A stretch of DNA of 64,000 bases from Chrysomallon squamiferum (taxonomy: Eukaryota > Animalia > Mollusca), in contig CM022679.1 of NCBI GenBank assembly GCA_012295275.1, forward strand, positions 21,824,001-21,888,000, in the 5' to 3' direction. This document shows positions 29,679 through 40,420 of this stretch, piece by piece (the first letter of the stretch is position 1; each line of letters begins with the position of its first letter). The notes under the pieces are model-generated. The model did no database searches. It saw only the letters and a program-made list of their open reading frames with translations, and was not told the origin of the DNA. The position numbers were made by a program, and so were the translations under genes.

Positions 29679-30377
29679 CTTTTGCGTTTCCTTCCCGTTT
29701 TCATTATTTCTTTACTTGAACTTGGTATTGTTCACAGTTTAATGACTTTAGTGACACAGTTTAAAGTGCATCAGATGATTCAGTTGTACATGGAAGCAGT
29801 TAATATGAGCTGCCATCCGTACAATAGTACGTCCTTGCATCCATTAGTCATTTTCCGGTGTTTGTTTTCCTTATTTATTTATTTATTATTATTACTATTA
29901 TTATTTCTTTTCTTTTTACATTTTTTTTTTTTTCCTGCTGATACTACTATCATAGAAATCTTAAGCTAAAAATAAAAAAATAAAAAATCTTTAAATTATT
30001 TCTTTTGCTTGTTCATTCACTGTTAAAATATATTTTAAATAATAAAAAAAAAAAAGAATGAACAAAACCATTTGGCTCTTTGAAATTGTTAAACTTGGAA
30101 CATTCATTTATCTTCTTTCTTTCTGTTTTTTTCTTCTTTTCGATACAAAAGACGACACTGAAGAAAAACGACAACTGAAAAAAAAGGTATTTCAGAATAC
30201 GGCGTAGCATGCAAGAGACAATTTAAAAGTAATAAAAGAAAAAAATGTTTTCCTGAGTATCTCAGATGTTTTATTAATATCTTTTATTTTGCTGTTCTGA
30301 ATGAAGGCTGGAAACGACTGCTGTCCTAAAAAAAAGCTAAATAAAGTGTATCATTTGATTTAAATCGCTTTATTCCA

Positions 30378-30380
<3 letters not shown>

Positions 30381-30410
<30 letters not shown>

Positions 30411-30754
30411 TGTATGTATGTATGTATGTATGTATGTGTGTGTATGTATGTATGTAGGTAGGTAGGTAGGTGTGTAGGTAGGTATGTATGTATGTATGTA
30501 TGTGTAGTATGTATGTATGTATATTGGTAGGTGGGTATGTAGGTATGTAGGTATGTATGTGTGTATGTATGTATGTATGTATGTATGTATGTATGTATAT
30601 GTATGTATGTATGTATGCATGTATATATGTATGTATGCAAGTATATGTATGTATGTATGTATGAGACACACACGCACACACAAACACGCAAACTTGGTGT
30701 GGGTATGGTATGGTATGGTATGGGTATGTGTTTTTGTTTGTGGGTGTGGTATGT

Positions 30755-30798
<44 letters not shown>
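30381..30798. repeat. Compound (TATG)n/(TAGG)n/(TATGG)n/(TG)n microsatellite; a similar tract lies at about 60660-60950
   Basis: Directly visible. It is the source of the HTYI/MYVC pseudo-ORFs. Confidence 0.95.
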
Positions 30799-30802
<4 letters not shown>

Positions 30803-31519
30803 GAATTTTGTATTTTGTTTGTGTTGTGTGTACAGTTCAACTGAATTTCAAGCTAGCTAGCTGGTGCTGTTCATTCTGAGCAGTATTCGAGTTACGATAC
30901 ATCCAAGCGGTTGAATGATCAAATGTAGCAAAAACAGATATTTCAAAGTGAACGGCTTACAGTGAAGTCATATCAGTTCAAGATAAAGTGACGCGTCTAG
31001 AATTCAAATCCTTCTTATTATTGTTGTGCTGGGAATTTTAATTTATTTTTACTGGGGTTTTTTTGTGTTTTGTTTGCATATTTTAATCAAACACAGCATC
31101 CTGTTTGTTGAAAGAAAAAAACAATCAACTGAAATAGGCAAAAAACTGTGACATCGTTTAACAAATGTTTCTTTTTGTTTTTCATAAAGAAAAATATCCT
31201 TCTTGAACCGTTCATTTTGTTAAAAAGAAAAGAAAAAAAAAGATGATGAATATATAAAAAAATAGCATTTTGGAGAGAGGGGGGCAGACAGTTATAAAGC
31301 GTTTTTGGAGGAGATCCAAGAATTGAAAAGTATTATATATGAAAAATGCAAAGTAATCAGTATGGAGAATTAAGAAATAGCGAGAACGAATTTAAATACA
31401 GTAATATGATAAAATAATATGATAATTGTGAGTAAACTATAATAAAACCACTACATCTAACGATGATGTTAGATTAGCTTTGCCAAATGGCCGGATAAAT
31501 GGTGTCCAATTGTTCATTT

Positions 31520-31584
31520 GGCGGGCCGCACTGAAATCCCTCGCTGGCCGGTTGTGGTCAGCGGGTCAAGGGTAGCCACCCCTG
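31520..31584. mobile_element. One end of a hAT/Charlie-like non-autonomous DNA transposon (MITE remnant)
   Basis: ggcgggccgcac...gctggccggttgtggtcagcgggtcaagggtagccacCCCTG ends in a CAGGGG-type terminal repeat followed by atttaaaa. This resembles the GCGGGCCG-rich subterminal motifs of hAT-Charlie MITEs. No partner end was found. Confidence 0.5.
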
Positions 31585-34399
31585 ATTTAAAACTACGAAC
31601 TCAGAAAATATTCACTTTTACCGAAGTCTGTCCCCGTTATTTTCAAAAAAACGTATTACAAAAAAAAACCTCGAAATCTCCAATCAGGAAATTTTGCCAC
31701 TGATAAAAAAAAGCTTCCCACAGCACACGGCTGTCTGTATATTTTGTTTCATCAAAAACAGTTTGACTTTCCGCACGCCGAAACGATTGAAAATTAATTT
31801 ATGACGGATAGTACCAGAGATTTAAATTAATGATGCGTCGTAACTACGTTGTCGACTGCTCCCTCTGGAACGATCAGACTTCGCGAAGAGAGGGATTCAG
31901 TGACTGCACTTGATAACGTAACGTCTGCAACATCAAAGAGCTGCGAGGGAAATTGAAATAGCAGAAACTCTATAGCTGATAACAGATATGAACGAAACAG
32001 TGTTGCGATGACTAGATTGATTTCTAAAGTGTTTCATGGTGTTGTTGTTTTTATTCTGAGAGAGTGAGAGAGAGAGAGAGAAGAAGAGAAGATTTATGTG
32101 CGCTGTGTTTATTTTCTGAAATGAACCCTCATTTAGTTTCATTATACGTAGTCTGTTGAATATTATCCAACGGCATTCGTTTTAGAAATGAATGAGAATT
32201 GTATCATTTATCATTATACTAATGCATTTCAGTAACACATTTATTATTATGTGCTTGCGTAGTGTAAATGCTTTGATGTCTAGTCTTTATTTTAAAAACA
32301 TAATAAAAAGAAATTCATTAAAAAGAAAGACAAAACAAACAATAAAAGGCCATTAATTTTTACGTATATAAAAACAAGTATATGTATGTATATACTTATA
32401 CCTGTTTTTTATATATATAAAAACTTGTATATGCGCCATCTGTACTTTATGATAATTACTGATATATAACAAATGTAACATCACAAATTTAATTTGAATA
32501 AAAACAATATGCCTCTACGATTTCATTTGTATACAGTTATATGCACTCGTTATTCTGACTCAAATACCATTTAGAAAACAAACAGCATTTGCGAAATTAA
32601 ACGCTTGAAATCATTTACGACAGGTCGTACAAAAACAAACTGTTTTATTGTTAACCAATATAAAAATTAGGTCGATTAAGTGTATAAAACCAACGGCTGA
32701 CATTTTACATTTAATTAAACATTCGGAGGAAGCCGACAGTTTATAGACACTGAAATATGAAGAGTATAATTATCGAATCAATGAATTTATGCGTTAAGTT
32801 TCCGTTTCGCACGTTTTGGTTTCGCATAAAATCTAGGCATCAATTATTATCATTAATTTGATTTCCGTTGTTAAAACATGTCAAAGATTCATAACTGCAA
32901 GTTTATCAGATACCAGTTATTTGTTACGTTAAGCAGTAAATGTTTCCAATCAGCTTTAAAGTATCATTATTTACAAACAACGAAAAGAACATTCTGAACT
33001 TTTCTCTGTTAAAACCATAAAAAGATCTGATGTATATGGTTTAATGGTTGAGAGAATTCGTTAACATTGTTAAAATCCGTCTGTATTACTTATTATCTGC
33101 TTTTTGGTGCTGTATCAAACGAACGGTTATAACTATTGGTCAACTTTAAGGTTATTTTTCAAATATTTAAAACATGTTTTCACCTTCCTCATTACTTAAC
33201 ACTGACAGTTAAATTTCTGACCGTATAAAACTTTTTATAAAAATAAAAAAATGATATTATCAAAATTATAACTAATGCAAGTCAAACAGAAAATTATTGA
33301 AAAGGTTAAGAAGTCAGACTTGAAATCAAAAAGCTTTCCCTAATTGGAAGACGAATGGTTACCGATTGTTTTGTTCTAACTAATTGACTGACCAAACCAC
33401 TAACACATTGGGGCCAATTCCCACTACCGATTCCTACCTTGAGCTAAGATTAAACCTGTCTGCTTTAGAAATGATGTGGACAGACAAGGACGTTTTATAA
33501 CAACAACCACAATAGCTAATAACATGCTTGAACCATCTGTAAATACGATCATGCTTCAGTTGAGTCATTAATTACATGATGAACTGGTTAATTGATCGAT
33601 TAAAAAAGTGTGATTGGAATGGAATCGATGAGGAGGATTGATCCTGGCACATATCGCTCCTCAGTCTGGCACTCTCGCGTTGAGCTGAGGCTTGTGTTCT
33701 GACTGGAAAGTTATCTTGCTCAATAAACAGACCGATGTAAACGGAAGTTATTAAAACGAAACAGCCGTAAATAGATCATTTATGGGTTATTTTTTCTAGA
33801 TGGCTATCACAACAGGTTAATTAAGAAAGCAGTATAATTTGTTAAAGAAACCCAGCATGAAAGATTTCTATTAATTTGCCTTCAAATAAAGACGTGCAAT
33901 CATATGCATTATAAAAAAAATTAAAAAAATAAAAAAAAAAGAAAAAAATGAAAAATATCAGCCAGTACGTCGTTTTTTGCTTGCTAAAGAGTGATGGATA
34001 TTTGGATTTGTTTTTATATTTTTCTTAATTTATTAAAACTTTCAGCTGGTAGTAAATCATACTTGTAGTAAATCTTCAGTTACAAAGTTTTACAAGCCAA
34101 ACCTACTCACGCGTTATTTGCAAAATAAATATTTTAACATAAATCGCGGACAGACAGAATTACATTCAGTTTAATTGCACCAGCCTATCCCTTTTTGGAA
34201 ATGCTGAATCCGCTCCTATGTGTGCTATTATGCAGGGCTTTTCTTAATATTAATTCCTTAGCTACGTTGTAACAAATACAAATGGACGTTTCCTAGATTT
34301 ACACATGATAAGAATTTGTGTTTTTGAATTAAGGAAAATTAAACTAAGATGCTATCCACAAGCTGGCAACAGTTATACTTTACGAATAATACTACTACA

Positions 34400-34465
<66 letters not shown>

Positions 34466-34989
34466 GTTAATACTAATAATAATAATAAAAAGATGTGCAA
34501 GTATGCAATTTTATTATGACCAATAAGAACTTCGTTACCATCCGTATTTCAGAACGTAACAGTGAAGATTAGCTCCTTAAGGATGTAACAAAATTCCCCG
34601 TAACCGTACACGAATGTAACATGAGGTGTGTATACAATCCGTGGATACAGCTGGACTGTGATGTGCAAACAGGTTGTGTTTTTGTTTTGTTTTTCAGAGT
34701 TGTAAAACGACAGCAACGACACTGATCACAGTATTGCACGAACAACACCTGAATACACAGACTCGTGGTCGAAGGAAACGAACTTCAAGTCTAAACACGA
34801 CGGTGGAAAACAAAGTGTTGAGATGTTTGACCACAGTGCACATAAAAAAAAAAAGGAAAAAAAAAAAGGAATAAAAAAAGAAAAAAGAAAGAACAAAAAA
34901 ATACAGAACAAAAAAAAAAAACATACAAAAAAACAAAAAACAATGGACATTGTTGTTTGCCCATAGTCGACTAAAAAATGAAGAGTTAC

Positions 34990-35235
34990 GAGTGCGTCCG
35001 ATCAACCGTCGGTGAATGTTCTCCATTAACAGGTGTATTTCCGTTGAAACAGTGGCGAATGATCACCATTAACAAATGTGTGTCCGTTCAAATATCATCA
35101 GTGAACTTATCACCATTAACAAGAATGTGTCCGTTCAAAAAGCACTGAATTATCACCATCAACAATAACGAGTCCGCTGAACTGATTTGGTGAATGATGA
35201 TCACCGTAACAAACTCATCGGCCGTCCAAACAATG
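34990..35235. repeat. Degenerate 41-48 bp tandem repeat, 5-6 units, just downstream of the CBX stop codon
   Basis: The blocks tcaccattaacaa, gtccgttcaaa and tgaat recur in units starting near 35022, 35063, 35110, 35153 and 35201. Confidence 0.85.
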
Positions 35236-35356
35236 TATTATGCGCCTCTTTTCTTCTTCTTCTTTTTTATTTTTTTATTTTTTTGTTTTTTTAATTTGTT
35301 TTTCTTTTATAATTTTTTTTTTTTTGTTTGTTTTGCTTTGCTTTGCTTTCTCATTT

Positions 35357-35598
35357 TCAATCCGTTTCCATATTGGAATACACGCTCTTGAAGAATCCTT
35401 TTTGGGTGTGGCTCTCCATGAACGTCACTTTGACACATTTACACGTCACGTCCGTAACGAGCACCTGCATGGGCTCTCCGCCCGTTGACGGGTAATACAG
35501 CTGCTTCCTGGTCGCTTCCTGGGAGTCGAAGTTCGTATCACAAACATCACTACTCGTCTGCTTATTATCCAACGATTCGTAGCACTCCGCGCTCTTGC

Positions 35599-35629
<31 letters not shown>

Positions 35630-36136
35630 CAGACTGTCCGTCGAATCACCGAGACGGATGAGCGCTTCGCAAGCAGTTATCTCCCCTTGCTGACAGACAC
35701 CCGCACGTGGCGGCGGCGGCGGGGCTATCAGGTTTAGATTGTGGTTCACTTTTTCCGTGTGCGTCGGCGCACTCCACGCCCTCCAGAAGGGAGCCTGGTA
35801 GTTTGTTTCAACAGATGGCGGCGGCGTCTCATCCTTGACCTCGTTCGTTTCCGTCGGCAGTAACAAGTCCCCTTCGTTGCAGTCCGTTTCCGTAACGTTA
35901 CCGTTGTCGCTCGTGTTATTGTCCACCGAATGTTCCGAGTCACTCTCTTTGTCCGAACTTCGCCGATGATCCCCGAACAACAAAGACCGCTTGCACGGAG
36001 CATCTGCTCCGAAGCAGGACCACAGACCGGAGGCCAGCGAATTGTTGGACGTTCTTTCGAACAAAGACAGGGGGCGCTCTTCCACGTCGCTGTCGTCTGC
36101 TACTGTGTCGCTCGTCTGCGGACTGCCAGCCGACAT
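35357..36136 (-). CDS. CBX: Pc/CBX terminal coding exon 5 (259 aa + TGA): acidic/Ser/Pro-rich linker, poly-Asn(10), C-terminal Pc box (RING1-binding CBX C-terminal motif)
   Basis: This is the only long, compositionally complex, GC-rich ORF in the track. Acceptor tttttaattgtttgaacag lies immediately before 36136. The C-terminal VLVTDVTCKCVKVTFMESHTQKGFFK (35387-35464) matches the Pc-box pattern V.VTDVT....VTF.E......GFF. Confidence 0.93.
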
Positions 36137-38549
36137 CTGTTCAAACAATTAAAAACGGGTCAAACACTAGCAGACTACCATAAACAGTTCATTTTGCAAA
36201 CAGACCCCGCAGATATTCATTGTCACTGAACTTTTTTTTTTTTTTTGCATTTAATACTCCCCCGATCAAAGCGCTGGGCTCCGCATTTCATTAACACTAC
36301 CCACTCTAATTAACGTGTCCCAGACGAGAGGGGACGTATGAAAAATCAATAACAAATGTCGAAATAAATGGGCCGCATATATTATCTTTAGATTTTCAAG
36401 AGTTTGTTTAGTGGGTTTAATTGATTGCAACCACGAGCACAATACAACGAGTGTTCAACCATACAGATGTGACATTTACAAAATGATGACAATTCTGGTT
36501 CTAAGGGTTCTTGTTACTACTTTTAAATCGAAAGAAAAAAAATCAATTGGTGGGTTTTTAAAAAAAAAAAAAATAAAATAAAATTAATAAATAAAATAAA
36601 ATGTTAATTAATAAAAAGAAACAGCCGGCCTTGTAACAAAGAAAATGTGATTTGACGACTTGAGCATTCGAAACATTTAAATATATTTGAACGAAAAACT
36701 AGAAACAGCGGTTTCATATGCTTGTCGAATTCAACTCTCTGGCGTACTTTCGATTTAGAGTTACTCCATTTATTTTTTTATTATTCATTTATTTTTGGCG
36801 CCAGATTCAAAATAGCATTTATATTTTAGGTTTTGCACGTTTCTACAAAGAATTAAATATATTTTTTGTTGTCATGGACACAGTAATTTCGTGCCCGTGC
36901 TAGGATTTTAATGGAACATTAAATAGCTATTGTTCTGTTATTAATTTGAGAATTCCATTGTCACCATGGCAGCGGGTAAGACAGATCAGTCTTTCGGGTG
37001 TTAACTTTCAGACTATCAACAAGTTTACAACATCCATGATAACATCTTAGCTCTTCACCAGAGTTCAGTTTTGTTTATTTCTATTTCTATTTGTTCGGTA
37101 CGAGAACGATTAAATTTTAAAATATTTACGGAGGAATTTACAGTTTTCGTCTCAAACAGCGTGCAGCGTAAACAATATACATTTACTATGTTTAAGTAAC
37201 CGCGGTAATGAACACCATTTTCATAAAATCGACTACAAAATGTCATGTAAAAAACCGTTTTGTTTAATGCAATGATTTTAGAATAATCCTTCAAAACAAA
37301 TATTGAAGTGTCGAGAACGATATTTAGAAAAAAAAACTGCAAACGTATTATATATTTATACTTAAAACATTTATAAAGCCGATAATAAAACTGCGACTTA
37401 GTTTATATGGGTACTATAAAGTCGCTGTGCCTTTTGGAAATACGTTTGTAATCTTTAAAACTGGATCTTTATTCGGAGTATTATATGATATCAGATATAT
37501 GCGTTCTAATATAGACCCATAAATTAAATTCTTGATGTTTTTATGCTTATTCAGACTGTCATATTCTTTAACGAATTCGGTGTGTACCGCCCTATAATAA
37601 AACACGAGAAAACCTACACTCACACATACACACGCACACACATACACACCCTTTTTTATACAACTCCAAGGACACGGCTGATCGATCATATATCAGCATG
37701 ATCATTAAAAAGATTTAGGAAACACCTTTACCACGGTTTGCTAAACACGAATAACGCTGTTCAGATGAAGTATTTAATAAAAAGAAAAAAAAAAAAAATT
37801 TAAATGACATCTCGGCTTGTTATGATTTAAGTATTATCAAGACGGCAATTTACCCCTTCGAGCAGTGCACTGCAATTAACTCAACTTCAGCTGCCTCGGG
37901 ACAGTTTACAAACAGTGGAAGCTGTTGTAATGTATGGATTGCCTTGTAATAATAATAATACAATACCAAGTTAATTATATCTCCGGCAGTTGTGTAATTA
38001 TAGATAATAGAACATTCCCAGACCAAAAAAATAAAATAAAATAAAATAAAATAAAATAAAATAAAATAAAATAAAATAAAAATAAAATAAAATAAAAATA
38101 AAAATAAAAATGTTCGATGTAGACCGATTAAGGCCAGCTGTATTAAAAATAATGTAAAAATACATAAAATAATAAATTAAAAAAAAATAGAATTTGCGTA
38201 TCTGATGTAGCTTTATTCTTATTCTTAATCTGTCTGTCAATCTGTCTGTCTCTCTGTCTCAACATAAACTCAAACACGCACACTTCTCTCTTTCCCTCCT
38301 CCACTTTTCCATCATTCTTTCTTTTTTCCCTCCTTCCATTTCTATCCATACCACCCCCTTCTAGTAAGTGATTTATATTTAAAACAATATCTACGTCAAA
38401 ATATAAACAAACAAAAACATTAATCCCAACTTTCCAGCTCTATAACCATTTCAGAAGCGCAATATAATAATATAAACATCATCATCATCATCATCATCAT
38501 CATGGTCATTATCCTATCAAGTGAAGAAAATAAACGGCATCGTTCCTAC

Positions 38550-38610
38550 CTGACTGTGACGTCTTCTTTCTGCACGTTGCACTTTCTGCCGCTTTCTCCA
38601 GTTCATTCTC
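38550..38610 (-). CDS. CBX: Pc/CBX coding exon 4 (RMNWRKRQKVQRAERRRHSQ), basic post-chromodomain segment / likely NLS
   Basis: Strong acceptor (long poly-T, ttcattttaccag), 61 nt, donor CAG|GTAGGA. It converts phase 2 to phase 0 exactly as needed to join exon 3 to exon 5. Its basic composition and position match CBX exon 4. Confidence 0.85.
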
Positions 38611-38910
38611 CTGGTAAAATGAAAAAGAAAAAAAAAAAAAAAAAAAATGAAAGAAAAAGAAATATTAAAGTAAGCGTAAACTAAAATAACTGAAGAAAAA
38701 AAAAAAACACACAAAAATCGTATTTAGATATTTACGAGTTACTTTATCTGTCATAAATCTAAAGCGTAGGAACATAAATTCATACATAATCATCAGCGCT
38801 GTTTGTGTGCATCAAGTAATAATAACAGCAGACGCGGCGATGTTTGTTTTCACTTTAATTCGGTTACCATCAAGCCTCCAGGCGACATCATTTCTTCACA
38901 TCAGCTTGTC

Positions 38911-39245
38911 TGAATGAATGAATGAATGAATGAATGAATGAATGAATGAATGAATGGAGGTTTGTTTAACGGCACCGCGGTATAGTTTAATATTAATGGT
39001 TATAAGGTTTCAAACGTATGGTAGGTGTTGGTGTACAACGAGAGGAAATCCACTGCAACATCTCGTGATGTTACTGTTGAAAGTAGCAAGGTATCTTTTG
39101 TGTATAACTTCCCAAAGCAGAAACACAAATGACTATGGTATTTTTTTTTTTTTTTTTTTTTTTTGTAACAAAATTATGGGGTTAAGAAGGATTGATCCTG
39201 CGATCCGTCACGCAGAAAGGTTAAATTCAAACTACTGAGTAAAAA
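38911..39245 (-). mobile_element. Decayed tRNA-derived SINE, most complete copy in the window, with (ATTC)n tail; in CBX intron 3
   Basis: On the minus strand there is an A-box-like tactcagtag (about 39231-39243) and a B-box-like AGGATCAATCC (39189-39199). The body shares motifs with the copies at 16.4, 25.4, 45.5 and 48.9 kb. A (GAAT)n tract at 38911-38955 marks the 3' end. Confidence 0.65.
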
Positions 39246-39317
39246 ATGGCTTTTCATTGTTTCTGATCATCTAACTTTGATCCTTTAACAGTTTTATAAA
39301 ATTCTATAGCAATCTTA

Positions 39318-39399
<82 letters not shown>

Positions 39400-40367
39400 T
39401 TATCAGTATAATCTGTGTATGAACGACATTTGTATGTCACAATAGCGTAAATGCGTCTTCGCTTGAGAGGCATCTCCTTTATTAGCCAGCTAGGCGGCAT
39501 TAAAACCCACATTAAATCGAGCGTTTGAAAATGCTATTTACATTGCCTGTTGACATATGTGTGGCCTTTAAAAGCAAATAAGTTAGTTACCCGTTCGTGT
39601 CGACAGTTCTGTTTCTGTTTGCTGAATGTATTGCTGGCGTTTACTTCATGGTGCTAAATGCCTGTTGGCCTTACGTTTAGAAACCTTGATCTTTTTTTAA
39701 TTCTAACAACGTAGATCCAAAGATAGACTGGGACTAATTTGATTCGACTTACGCTCTTTGCTATTCCCATTTATTTATTACACGACTGACAATTGCTGAA
39801 CTTTTGATTTTCACGAAAGTTACATTTGGCTCAGATTATAATTAACTGTTATCTTTTTATTTTATTTTTATTCGGTGCTTTTGAAGTCAATAATTTTGCA
39901 GCATTTAATAATAAAAAATTATCATCATCATCTTCATCATTAAATGACCCTAGTAAACCAGTCTTTAGAACGATATTTCAAACATGACGTAACCAGACTT
40001 GTACTTGAAAGATAATCATCTTGCTTTCGTTCATAATGCTAGCTTCAACACAGAGGTCTGTGTTCTGTTTCAGAAAGCAATCGGAGATGAAGCATTGAAA
40101 AAGTAATTAAAAATTAAAATGAACTCCTGTATGTCAGCACTTTTAACCTAACAGATATATACGGCGCCTGTTCGTTAGTTATATATATTGTTATCTGTTT
40201 TCACAGTGCAGAGTATTGGTCTTTTTATCGTTTTAATTATTATTAGGGTTTTTTATTAGTAGTAGCAGCAGCAATAGCATTACTACTAAAGCATTTTGAA
40301 ATGAAGCATTTAAAAAGTAAATAAATATAAATTGTAGTCCTGTATGCCTGTAAATTTTTTTTATCTT

Positions 40368-40420
<53 letters not shown>

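Noticed and set aside
34990-35235. CRISPR-like repeat-spacer appearance here and at 3467-4498
   Set aside because: The context is eukaryotic, there are no cas genes, and the repeats are either degenerate with very short variable parts or fully tandem without unique spacers.
36137-36148. ORF-track start (TTG, MFEQ) for a stand-alone 263-aa protein
   Set aside because: These bases are the intron 4 acceptor (ttgtttgaacag). The ORF is the last exon of the spliced CBX gene.
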